This document shows positions 18,461 through 27,584 of a stretch of 64,000 bases of DNA, one piece after another. Each line of letters starts with the position of its first letter. Position 1 is the first letter of the stretch. Origin of the DNA: a candidate division FCPU426 bacterium (GTDB lineage: Bacteria; Oederibacteriota; Muellerivitia; Muellerivitales; Muellerivitaceae); contig CAVYSE010000008.1 of NCBI GenBank assembly GCA_963771075.1, positions 34,317-98,316 of the forward strand, in the 5' to 3' direction. The notes beneath the pieces are model-generated. The model was not told where the DNA came from and searched no databases. It saw only the letters and a program-made list of their open reading frames with translations. A program made the position numbers and the translations under genes.

Positions 18461-21281
18461 TTCCCGCCTCCTCTTCCAACGGCAGATAAAATATAAAACT
18501 ACTTCCGACGCCCACCTGGCTTTCCACTCTCATTCCTCCCCCGTACGACTCGATGATCTTTTGGCAAATGCTCAGGCCCAGCCCGGACCCGGTGGTTTTG
18601 GTCATGAGCAACGGATTGAAAAGCTTTTGGATGTTTTCCTCCGGGATGCCACGTCCGGTGTCCTTTACGGTAATGGAAGCCATTTTTTTTCGGAAGAAAG
18701 AGGGCTGGAGATGCGACATTTCCGGGGTGTCAGCCTGGACGGAGGGCGGCAAGCCTTCCTCCACCCTTGCCCGCACGGTGAGGGTGCCTCCCGATGCCAT
18801 GGCGTTGATGGCATTGAACATGAGGTTCATAAGAACCTGTTTGATCTTATCCTTGTCGACAGGGATAGGTGGCAGGCTTGGATCGATATCCCGGACAATT
18901 TCGACATTGGACGCGTCGGCTTTTTCGGCGACGATCATCAAGGAACCGTCCAGGATTTCGTTAAAGTCCACCCGTTCTTTGGCGGCGATTGGGGTTTGCG
19001 CCACCTTCTCCTCTTCCAAAGGAAGATAGAAAATAAAATTGCTTCCGGCGCCAACCTGGCTTTCCACCCGCATGAAGCCCCCATGCGACTCGACGATCTT
19101 GTGGCAGATGCTCAAGCCCAGCCCCGTCCCGGTGGTTTTGGTCGTGAAAAAAGGGTTAAAAAGCTTGTGGATATTTTCTTTGGGGATTCCGCACCCGGTA
19201 TCCCTAACGGAAATAGAAGCCATTTTTTTCTGGAAAAATATCTGTTGGACATGCGTCAGTTCCGATTTGGCCATTTGGTCAACGGGCAGCATTCCATCCT
19301 CCACCCGTACTCGCACCGTGAGAGTGCCCCCCGTTTCCATGGCGCTGAGGGCATTAAACATGAGGTTCAAGAAAACCTGCTTGATCTTATCTTTGTCCAT
19401 AGGGATGGAGGGCAGGCCGGGGTCAATCTCCCGCACAATCTTTACCTTGGAAGCGGCGGCCTTTTCTGTAACGATGAGCAGGGCGTCGTTCAAGACTGCA
19501 TTTAAATCCATATTTTCCTTGGTTGCGACCAGGGTCCGGTTATATTCCAGCACGTCGTTGATGGTGGCGCCCAAACGATTGACCTCCTCAACGATGATAT
19601 TGGCGTAATTCTTCAGTTTCGGGTCCGTCAGCTTGTCCGACAGGCGCTGGGAAAAGCCCAAGATGGCGTTCATTGGGTTCTTGATCTCATGCGCCACGCC
19701 CGCCGCCATTTCCCCCAGATTGGCCAGCCGCTCGGACCTAAGGAGTTGTTGTTCCATCTGCTTAACTAGGGTGACGTCTTTCAGGGTCGCTATGACGCCC
19801 AGCGTGGCCGCCTCAGGGCTCTGCAGCAGGGTGCTCTGGAGAGAGATGTAAACGGGTTCAGGCTGTTGCTTATCCAATTCGACGTTTTCCTGGGAGAAGG
19901 ACTTTCCTTCCGCCAGGGTCCGCCTCATGAGATTAGCAATGGGCTGGAAACTGGCGGGCAGTTCTTCCAACGAAGAGCCCACGACACTGCTTTCTTCCAG
20001 GCCGGTGATTCTGCTGGCGGCGACGTTGAATGTTCTTACTTTTTCATCTCCATGAGCTACCACAATACCTGTCTGAATATTTGCCAGAAGGAGGTGGTAG
20101 TAACGGACAAGTTCCTTCAGATGCCTTTCGGACGCCAATAGCTTTTGGGTGACCATATCCGCTTGCTCGGAAATGGACTCGTTGATTTTTCCATAACGCC
20201 TGGCCATATCCTCCCGGATTCTGGAATCGGCGGCGAGAAAACCGCTGAAGGTGGCGACGATCAGGAGGAAGGGGAGCTTGAGAAGGGTGGTCGTATCGGC
20301 GATCAGCCATTGGCCGGTCATTTTGTATTGCAGAAGAAGAAAGATAAAGCAGGCGGCAACACCTACGCCCACGCTGTTTTTGACATCCTTGACCAGGGCG
20401 CAAATGAAAATCGTCAGGAAGTACATTGTCATGAGGTCCCATTGCTTGATACCGGACAAATACAAGCCGCTCGTGACAAAAAGCGTGTCCACGGAGAAGA
20501 CCAGAACCAGGAAGTTCATCTTTTCAAGCCAGGACTGATAAACAAAAAACATGCCGAGAATCGAGGCCAAAAACAGGGCCAACAGGATGATGGCGGCGGT
20601 TTCATCGGACTTGGGGGGCGGGTTGAAAACGAGGAAAGAGGTGATGATGACCAGGGAAAGGAATCGGAGGGTCACCAGTATCCGCCGGCGCCCGTCGGCT
20701 AGGGCTTTGTTCATCTGGCCTTCGGCCTTTTCGGTTCGATCCGCCTTGGCCTGGTCCGCCGCGGCATGGGCGTTCAGGATCTCCTGATCCTGCTCCAGGA
20801 CCCTTTCCTGCATATTCTTGTTATGTTGATCGAGTTCTCGTTGCAGGCGGAAAATCTTCAGGTGGGTTTCCATCCGAGCCAGAAGTTCTTCGGTCTCGAA
20901 GGGACGGGTGATATAGTCCACCCCGCCGACGGCAAAGGCCCGGACCTTGTCGAAGGTCTCATTGTGGCCGCTGATGAACAAAACGGGGATATCGGCGAGT
21001 TGGGGGTCTTTTTTCAGCTCGGCGCAGGTCTCAAAACCATCCATGTCCGGCATGGACACGTCCATCAGGATCAGGTCGGGAGGGTGGTTCCGGGCGGATT
21101 GGAGGGCGAGGAGCCCGGTGTGGACTGGATGGACCTCGTAACCTTGCCGCTTAAGCATTTTCTCCAACAACACCAAGCTGGCCGGAAGATCATCGACGAC
21201 CAGGATGCAGGCCTTCCGGGCGGAATCCACGACTTTTCCCATGGCGGGATCGGTTAAGCCTTCCGGGGAAACGGTCGCCAT
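18447..21281 (-). CDS. Hybrid sensor histidine kinase (REC-TM-PAS-HisKA-HATPase-HATPase)
   Basis: VVDD/LMDVSMPDMDG, TM block, AHEIKNP, and two NLMFNA...DTG.GIP...GLGLSIC blocks. Confidence 0.9.
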   Translation of the reverse strand: MATVSPEGLTDPAMGKVVDSARKACILVVDDLPASLVLLEKMLKRQGYEVHPVHTGLLALQSARNHPPDLILMDVSMPDMDGFETCAELKKDPQLADIPVLFISGHNETFDKVRAFAVGGVDYITRPFETEELLARMETHLKIFRLQRELDQHNKNMQERVLEQDQEILNAHAAADQAKADRTEKAEGQMNKALADGRRRILVTLRFLSLVIITSFLVFNPPPKSDETAAIILLALFLASILGMFFVYQSWLEKMNFLVLVFSVDTLFVTSGLYLSGIKQWDLMTMYFLTIFICALVKDVKNSVGVGVAACFIFLLLQYKMTGQWLIADTTTLLKLPFLLIVATFSGFLAADSRIREDMARRYGKINESISEQADMVTQKLLASERHLKELVRYYHLLLANIQTGIVVAHGDEKVRTFNVAASRITGLEESSVVGSSLEELPASFQPIANLMRRTLAEGKSFSQENVELDKQQPEPVYISLQSTLLQSPEAATLGVIATLKDVTLVKQMEQQLLRSERLANLGEMAAGVAHEIKNPMNAILGFSQRLSDKLTDPKLKNYANIIVEEVNRLGATINDVLEYNRTLVATKENMDLNAVLNDALLIVTEKAAASKVKIVREIDPGLPSIPMDKDKIKQVFLNLMFNALSAMETGGTLTVRVRVEDGMLPVDQMAKSELTHVQQIFFQKKMASISVRDTGCGIPKENIHKLFNPFFTTKTTGTGLGLSICHKIVESHGGFMRVESQVGAGSNFIFYLPLEEEKVAQTPIAAKERVDFNEILDGSLMIVAEKADASNVEIVRDIDPSLPPIPVDKDKIKQVLMNLMFNAINAMASGGTLTVRARVEEGLPPSVQADTPEMSHLQPSFFRKKMASITVKDTGRGIPEENIQKLFNPLLMTKTTGSGLGLSICQKIIESYGGGMRVESQVGVGSSFIFYLPLEEEAGNEAK

Positions 21282-21586
21282 TTTTTTGAACGCCCTTTCA
21301 TCCCATTAATTTATCATTCAGTGACTATGCTAAGGGAAAAGGCCTAAATGTTATTAAAATTCGAGTGCCTTCCCTGGATAAAACTAGTGCCAGCCTAAAA
21401 AGCTAATAAAGTGAACCTTTAATTAAAGAATGTAACCTCTGAAAAACTCAAAAATTTCACCGCCAAGACGCCAAGTTCGCCAGGAAAGTCTTTAATTTTC
21501 AACGAAAACCAAAAGGCGGAAGAACATTAAAAACCCTTTTTCAGAGATTACAGAATACTTATCGCTTCAAAACTAATGGCCTACCC

Positions 21587-21688
21587 TTAAATCGCTTTTT
21601 CCTGGGACACCGCTTCCTTTCGAAGGATGGTCTCCAAGGCAAGTTTTAGCTGTTTCATGTCGACGGGTTTATTGAAAAAGGCCTTAAC
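21587..21688 (-). pseudogene. C-terminal fragment of a response regulator, cut by IS1380
   Basis: VKAFFNKPVDMKQLKLALETIL resembles IRAFLSKPVPMAQLKATIRDIL of 18074-18460. Confidence 0.65.
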
Positions 21689-23391
21689 CCGGAATTTCCC
21701 AGAATGACCTTCTCTGAAAACATTGCCGGGTAATTTGTTTCTCATTATATCGCCCCCCCCCGCTTCTTCCATCCGAATCCGGAATTTTCCGTCCTGGGCC
21801 ACTGAAATAAGCCCCAGGAAAAGGTTTCTGTGCCCAAAAAAGCTGAAATTGACCTTCTGGAAAGCCAATTCTCGTTGTGAGCGCACACCTATCCTGCGGT
21901 AGTCGCTCGGGTTGAAGCCTTGATGCCTTCCTGCGGTTATCGCAGTACTGGCGCTCGCGGCCTTACCATTGCCAGTAGCCGTATCCGATTGAGGATTTCA
22001 GCAAACAGGCGTCGGGAAACCATCACCTCCGCCATCTGGAAAATAACGTACCGCGAATGACGGATGACATTAGCCCCGATCTTGATGAGTTTTTCCCTCA
22101 AGGTCGTTAGCGACCAATGTTTCACCAGTTCTGGCAGTGCCAGTCGGCGCAGGAAGTTGCCCAGATTGTAGGCCAGGGCGAATAGTTGTAAGCGCACTTG
22201 GTTGTCCGCGAAGTCGTGGCAGCTTAGTCTTGTCCACTTCATCGCATACTTTCCCTCTTTGATCCACTGCTCAGCCGTGCCTCTTCCGTTGTAGAATTTC
22301 ACCACCTGGGGTGCCGGTCGTCGCATGTTCGTTACGATGAAACCCACCTTTGGGAACAATTCCCCGTTGTGATGTTCGATCTTCGCCACCACGCGGCGGG
22401 GTTTGTCCCAGCTGACGGCTTGGTATTGGAAGCTGTGAAACCGGACAACCGGCTTGTGGGAGGGGCGGCCCACGGGACGGGTTAAAAATGGCTCGATTTC
22501 CCGTTGGAGTATGGCATTGGCAGGTTGGCGGATCGCGTAAAGATATCCTTCGTCTTCTAGGTATTCGTATAGTTCCTGACGGGCGAAAGCCGCGTCACCC
22601 CGGAAAAACCGGCTGATGGAAAGACCCCGGTAGCGGGCAACTACCGGTTCAAGAACCGAACGCCATTCGTGGGCACTGGCCACATTGCCGTTGCGCAACA
22701 TAGCCCGTTCCAAATCGCCGAACTGGTTGAAGCAAAACAGGGGATGGTAACAGGTACAGCCAAAGTAACCGTTGTACAAGGAACCTTCCTGATCCCCGTA
22801 GGTCTCGCTCACTGAGCTATCCATGTCGAGGATGATCTGTTGTATGGGCTTTTTCTCATGGACTCCATCGATCCATTGGCCCGATAAGTCAATTAAGCCG
22901 GTCAAATTCTTCGACTGGGTGAGGACCTCCGTCTCGAAACGACCCATCTGGCTGGTGGAGGCGGCCTGTTTTTCCCTGGCCCGTCCTCCGATCACATGCC
23001 GCATCGCAGGATCGACACTCAGGCGTTCTGCGTCGTTGGTATCCTCATAACCGGCCAAGCGGCTGAATACCGACTGGCGAAGAAGCGCCGTCATCGTGTG
23101 TTGCGTATTCTTACCGGTCCGCCGATCCCAAAGGATGTTTTCTGTTCTGTCAGTCAAACCAAAAGCTTCGTCGAGTTCGCGATAGGGAATCAACCCGCCA
23201 TCGGAAGTGACCTTCGCACCATGGAACTCCAACTTGAGGCCAGGATCAAAAACCACCCGAAGAGCGTCTTTTCCGCCTTCACCCATTGCATTTCCCCCTC
23301 TCATGTTCCCCAACACGAAGAAAAACCTTTGTTTATATGGCCAAACGTTGTCTTATTATACTCGAAAGGAAATTCCATCTGGGAAATCCGG
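21689..23391 (-). mobile_element. IS1380-family insertion sequence
   Basis: IRs CCGGAATTTCCCAGAATG (21689) and CATCTGGGAAATCCGG (ending 23391) flank the transposase. Confidence 0.85.
21937..23286 (-). CDS. IS1380-family DDE transposase
   Basis: TSDGGL, AGYEDTND, ILDMDSS, RGDAAF and FYNGRGTAEQWIKEGK. Confidence 0.92.
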   Translation of the reverse strand: MGEGGKDALRVVFDPGLKLEFHGAKVTSDGGLIPYRELDEAFGLTDRTENILWDRRTGKNTQHTMTALLRQSVFSRLAGYEDTNDAERLSVDPAMRHVIGGRAREKQAASTSQMGRFETEVLTQSKNLTGLIDLSGQWIDGVHEKKPIQQIILDMDSSVSETYGDQEGSLYNGYFGCTCYHPLFCFNQFGDLERAMLRNGNVASAHEWRSVLEPVVARYRGLSISRFFRGDAAFARQELYEYLEDEGYLYAIRQPANAILQREIEPFLTRPVGRPSHKPVVRFHSFQYQAVSWDKPRRVVAKIEHHNGELFPKVGFIVTNMRRPAPQVVKFYNGRGTAEQWIKEGKYAMKWTRLSCHDFADNQVRLQLFALAYNLGNFLRRLALPELVKHWSLTTLREKLIKIGANVIRHSRYVIFQMAEVMVSRRLFAEILNRIRLLAMVRPRAPVLR

Positions 23392-23718
23392 GTCCATTGT
23401 CATATTAGAACAATAGGCAGCGTATTTAAGCGCCTGAAGTTCTGCGGTTTTTCCGCTGTCGTCGCGCTTTAATTCCACTACAACCAATACTCCATCCCGG
23501 TCGATTGCCAATAAATCTAGTCTTTCATTGGTTTTGTCAAATCCGTCGTATTCAGTCGTAATGATAAGAAGGTCGTCGAGAAGTATTTCGGGGTTTTCTT
23601 CAACCCATTTTTCTATATCCTGTTTTTCTTTAATGTCGTGAGTTTTGAAATCTGTTTCGGGATAGATGTCTATTTTCTTGGTGTTTTTATTAAAAGTGAA
23701 AAGCATGTAAGCCCCCAT
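23392..23718 (-). pseudogene. 5' half of a NucS-like endonuclease/DUF4268 gene
   Basis: EKQDIEKW...RLDLLAIDRDGVLVVVELKR...QALKYAAY. Confidence 0.8.
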
Positions 23719-23945
23719 CCCCTAAATTTCCAACATTATACGCATCATGTCTCGATGTTGGTTTAGCCCAAAAGGCCAAAAGCAGGGGTATGAGGAAGAA
23801 GGCGTAGCGAAGAATATTGTTTCGCGGCCTGCGACGAGGACACAATCCGAGGAGCAATCCTTGGACGTGCCGGTTCCAGAGGTAACCGGCTGGTGAGATC
23901 GCCCAAATGCGGGGCCGTAGCTTGCAAGAAATTTTCATTTTTATA

Positions 23946-25067
23946 TTAATTCCCGAGATTATCGAAATAATAATGTTTCCAACCGTCAGACCACAAAATA
24001 TTAGGAACTTTTACTTCGTCTTTTTTCACGAATTCGCCGTTTTTATATTCCCACGTTTGAAGACGGGTGATTTCGTATAACAAGAGGCCGGCCTTTTTAT
24101 CCGTGTCACCGCTCCCCACTTGAACCGTGCCGTCCGGCAAACGCCGGGCAATACCCGCATAATCGCCGATAAAAGTCTTCACGAGGATTGGTTGCTGGTG
24201 GTCCACGATCTTGAAGATTTGCAAGCACTGAACGAATCCGTCGGCTTTTCCGATGTTATAACGAACCCAAACCATATGGGCTCCGCCCAGGTCGTGGAAC
24301 TCGATGGGCCAAACGAAATGGATATCGCCCCCGGAAACATCCAGCGGAAGGGGCGGAAAATCAACCAACTCACCCTTCTCGTTGATCTTTCCCGTCGAGA
24401 GGTAGGGCGCGGGCGTCCGCGATCCCATCGGGACGACGTAATCGGTCACTTCCCCTTTTAAGTTAATCAAGGCCCAAGTCGAAAGGGAGGGATAGGCGAA
24501 AAGCCGCGCGTAATAGGGGCTGTTGGAATCCTTGTTGGCTGAAATCGCCACCATGCGGTCTTTGTTGATTCGGGTTTGATTTGCAAACCATAATTGATTG
24601 GTTCCGAAAAAATAAAAATCCAAGAAACCTTTGCAATAGAGGGGAGAAATGAATCTGGCTGGATGACATAAATCAACCCGCTTTTTGTAGAGGGGGGTTA
24701 AATCTATAGGGTTCCGTTTGGTGCGGGTGTGAAAAGCAGACGTTAATCCTATATACCGGGCCATCCAATAATCGGATTCTACCCTGTCGTTATTTAGAAC
24801 CGCCGTCTCGGCCTTTTGGTAAAAGGTCTTTAAGATATTTTCCAACTCCGCGTCTGTGGTTTTTTCGTCAATGACGGGTTCTCCTGGGGGTGCGGGGGAA
24901 GACACGGTATAGGTTGTTGTCATTGTCTCTTGGGGTGTTGGTGAAAGGATGGTAGTTCCTTGTGCGATAACACTGACGCTACTTGAAACAAAAAGGAGGG
25001 GTATCAGGACAAGGCATAGGGACGAGATCGGGGAAAAGAGGGGCCGTAGCGTGGAAGAAAAATTCAT
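23946..25067 (-). CDS. Secreted hypothetical protein carrying the recurring leader
   Basis: 373 aa with a signal-peptide-like N-terminus MNFSSTLRPLFSPISSLCLVLIPLLF. Confidence 0.65.
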   Translation of the reverse strand: MNFSSTLRPLFSPISSLCLVLIPLLFVSSSVSVIAQGTTILSPTPQETMTTTYTVSSPAPPGEPVIDEKTTDAELENILKTFYQKAETAVLNNDRVESDYWMARYIGLTSAFHTRTKRNPIDLTPLYKKRVDLCHPARFISPLYCKGFLDFYFFGTNQLWFANQTRINKDRMVAISANKDSNSPYYARLFAYPSLSTWALINLKGEVTDYVVPMGSRTPAPYLSTGKINEKGELVDFPPLPLDVSGGDIHFVWPIEFHDLGGAHMVWVRYNIGKADGFVQCLQIFKIVDHQQPILVKTFIGDYAGIARRLPDGTVQVGSGDTDKKAGLLLYEITRLQTWEYKNGEFVKKDEVKVPNILWSDGWKHYYFDNLGN

Positions 25068-25079
25068 TTAAGGGGTGTA

Positions 25080-25358
25080 TCAGTATTCAAAAGGTGCACT
25101 CCTTAATAAAAACCGGTTCAGGAGTTCCTCGACCATAAGCTTATCCTTTTTGCCCAAAATCAGGGAATTGCCAAGAGAAACTGAAGTAACGATTTCTTCG
25201 AGCATTTTATCGCGTACATCAGAGTCCAATATCTTTTGGTTAGGAGCAAGCTTTTGAAGGTGGGCAAACCACTTTTCAAAGAGGATGAGTCCTTGGTTCT
25301 CGAGAAGATCCGCCACAAAGCGGGTGATGCCTTTATTCCGGTCGGCCCTGGTGCCCAT
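25080..25358 (-). CDS. Hypothetical protein, paralog of 26213-26545
   Basis: Shared KW..H and VRDKML.E.V..V...VEE...FLL pattern. Confidence 0.6.
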   Translation of the reverse strand: MGTRADRNKGITRFVADLLENQGLILFEKWFAHLQKLAPNQKILDSDVRDKMLEEIVTSVSLGNSLILGKKDKLMVEELLNRFLLRSAPFEY

Positions 25359-25747
25359 TATTTCAAGGCTTTCTCAGCCCACCGCAGAACCTTTCCGGCC
25401 AGCTCAACAGCTTTCTCATACTCCGCTGGTTGGATATCCATGAATTCCACGGGATAACGGCCTTTCAAAACATACTCTTCCAAGATGATGGCCTCCATGA
25501 CATCCGGCGGGGCCGAAAGTGGAGGTGGCAGGAGCTTAAACAATTTCTTTAAGCTGTGGGTTGGGGGAAAATCAACGTGGTGACTTAATAAAACGGCCTT
25601 CAAGGCTTTTTCCGCCGATTGCTGGCAATGGTGGCAAAGAGATCCAACGCGAACATCCGGTAATTTTCCGCCACGGGCAAGGGCGAGGTCGCTTTTCGCG
25701 TAATCAAACCATATCGCCGGATCGTTCAAATCCGATTCAAGCGGCAT
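25358..25747 (-). CDS. HEPN-domain protein (MNT-HEPN TA)
   Basis: WFDYAKSDL, HCQQSAEKALKA, PPTHSL and RYP. Confidence 0.88.
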   Translation of the reverse strand: MPLESDLNDPAIWFDYAKSDLALARGGKLPDVRVGSLCHHCQQSAEKALKAVLLSHHVDFPPTHSLKKLFKLLPPPLSAPPDVMEAIILEEYVLKGRYPVEFMDIQPAEYEKAVELAGKVLRWAEKALK

Positions 25748-26054
25748 AAACTTCCCGGCCTTCCTTGAGCGCCCACTTGTAAACAAGGGCGCAATTGTCC
25801 TTATATTTTTCAAGAACCTTCGGGGTGGTTACGATAAGGTCGTAATCTTTTTCCATTACGTCAACGTTAGTATAAAGACTGCGGGTGACGGCCCTGCTGT
25901 CCGTTCCCTCGGGCATGACAATCAAAAGGTCGATATCACTGTCCGGCTCCATGTCTCCCCGGGCCGCAGAGCCGAAAAGGATGATTCTCAGGGGATGGGC
26001 TGTCTCCACGATTTGGTTTATTAACTTTTCAACAACCGACATTTCCACTTGCAC
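25737..26054 (-). CDS. Minimal nucleotidyltransferase (MNT) antitoxin
   Basis: IILFGSAARG...SDIDLLIV. Confidence 0.88.
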   Translation of the reverse strand: MQVEMSVVEKLINQIVETAHPLRIILFGSAARGDMEPDSDIDLLIVMPEGTDSRAVTRSLYTNVDVMEKDYDLIVTTPKVLEKYKDNCALVYKWALKEGREVYAA

Positions 26055-26212
26055 TTAAACCCCCGAATTAGACCCAATAGCCTGTGGGCTGATCCTTGAC
26101 GACTAAAAGTATTTTAGGCTTAATCCCCAATTGCGGCTAGGGTTTGGTTGTCCTGCGGCTTGAGACAAAACCACCATTTGAGCCCCCTAGGCCAGGGCTT
26201 CATTATTAACGT

Positions 26213-26545
26213 CTAAAAAAACTTCATTCCGGTCCCTAAATCGTCATAAGGGGCCATTTTTTTGTGAGCCTGCAAAAGATGAAAGGTTAAAAGAAATTGG
26301 TCGAATATTTCCTCGACCAACCCAATTTCGTCTGTGTTCAAAACGATCCCGCTTGTGTTAGCAACACCCTCGACTAATTCTACGAGCATTTTATCTCGAA
26401 CCATTGAAACCCAGTCTTCAAGACCAGCGCCTTTAAAATCCTTATAGTGATTTGTCCACTTCTGGTAAAGCGCGTGCCCTTTTTCGGAAAGAATATCATT
26501 TGTGATATTACAAATAATTTGTTCGCTATTGTTCATTTTGACCAC
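26213..26545 (-). CDS. Hypothetical protein, paralog of 25080-25358
   Basis: Contains the VRDKML motif. Confidence 0.6.
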   Translation of the reverse strand: MVKMNNSEQIICNITNDILSEKGHALYQKWTNHYKDFKGAGLEDWVSMVRDKMLVELVEGVANTSGIVLNTDEIGLVEEIFDQFLLTFHLLQAHKKMAPYDDLGTGMKFF

Positions 26546-26546
26546 C

Positions 26547-26846
26547 TCAACCGATAGCTTTAACGATCTTCTTTTTCGGGATTGCTTCCCTTACCGCCTT
26601 TAACAAGCGCCTGTGGAAATAACCACCCGTGAAAAAGACGGGGTATGTTGTTCTACGGTGGACCCCGGATGGGAAGTAAATGTTGTAGTTCTTGTCTTTC
26701 TTCTCCTTGGCCAGGCGTATGCCGGTCATTTCAAAATAATTGCCTTTTTGGGGTGGAGAAAGATAAATCCTAGCGGTCACAACCGCGTCGTATCTTTTGT
26801 TCTCCACCCACTCCAAGGTAACTCTGATCCGGTATGAAGAGGCCAT
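26547..26846 (-). CDS. Divergent SpoVG-like protein
   Basis: Beta-rich pattern MTGIRL...NIYFPS followed by a C-terminal helix; adjacent to a clearer SpoVG-like gene. Confidence 0.4.
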   Translation of the reverse strand: MASSYRIRVTLEWVENKRYDAVVTARIYLSPPQKGNYFEMTGIRLAKEKKDKNYNIYFPSGVHRRTTYPVFFTGGYFHRRLLKAVREAIPKKKIVKAIG

Positions 26847-26848
26847 TG

Positions 26849-27121
26849 CTACCCTCTCTTGGATAGCAACTCGATTATCAGCTCCTCGATCTTCTTCTTG
26901 TATTCCTTGCTGACGTAGTAGTGGGGGATATGCGTCCACTTCTCGGTCTTGGCGTCCTTCACGTTCTTGCCGGCTAGCTCCACGAAAATACCCTTCGCGC
27001 CTGAAACGGCCCGCAAATTGGGAAGGATAACGAAGTTAGCCCCTTCAGTTATCTTCGCCGAAAATGTGGCCTTCAAATTGCCCTTTTCACTGAACTTCAC
27101 CTTCTGTAACTCAATCGCCAT
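26849..27121 (-). CDS. SpoVG-family nucleic-acid-binding protein
   Basis: GNLKATFS...LPNLRAVSGAKGIFVEL...KEYKKKIEELII. Confidence 0.6.
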   Translation of the reverse strand: MAIELQKVKFSEKGNLKATFSAKITEGANFVILPNLRAVSGAKGIFVELAGKNVKDAKTEKWTHIPHYYVSKEYKKKIEELIIELLSKRG

Positions 27122-27169
27122 AATTCACCTCCTAAGAAAAAAGTAAACCCGGACCCGGGGTCCGTGCCC

Positions 27170-27574
27170 CTACCTCAAATAATCCTGAGCCAAGGAAATC
27201 CCGTTGTGCTGCCTATAAGCCCACTTGGAATTCCCTTCCTGGGTCTTCTCAAAAACCATGAAAGAAAACTTGTCGGCCCCCGAGAAGTTGGTAAGCATCA
27301 AAAGTTGTTCTTTGGTGAACCCACGGGTCACGAATTTCTTTTTGTCTTCCTCGGTCCTTCTGGCTAAAAAGGAATCCGCCTGGTCCTTCGAAAAGAATAG
27401 GGGGATGGTATTCCCCTCGATCTCACGGAGCATGTAATAGGAACCAGTTATTTTGCCGTCTTTCAATTCCATCAGGCCCCAAAAGGGATCCCCTTTGGTC
27501 TTCTCGTCCGGTAATAGTTTTTGAACCCTAGAACCTAAATCCTGTAAAAATTCCTTCTTCTTTTTTTCCTTCAT
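27170..27574 (-). CDS. Hypothetical protein
   Basis: ORF in the operon with a GGAGGTGG RBS. Confidence 0.55.
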   Translation of the reverse strand: MKEKKKKEFLQDLGSRVQKLLPDEKTKGDPFWGLMELKDGKITGSYYMLREIEGNTIPLFFSKDQADSFLARRTEEDKKKFVTRGFTKEQLLMLTNFSGADKFSFMVFEKTQEGNSKWAYRQHNGISLAQDYLR

Positions 27575-27584
27575 ACCCACCTCC

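Noticed and set aside
18360..19505. 381-aa + strand ORF (likewise 30687-31679 and 50566-51273)
   Set aside because: Antisense to well-supported genes, with no recognisable motifs.
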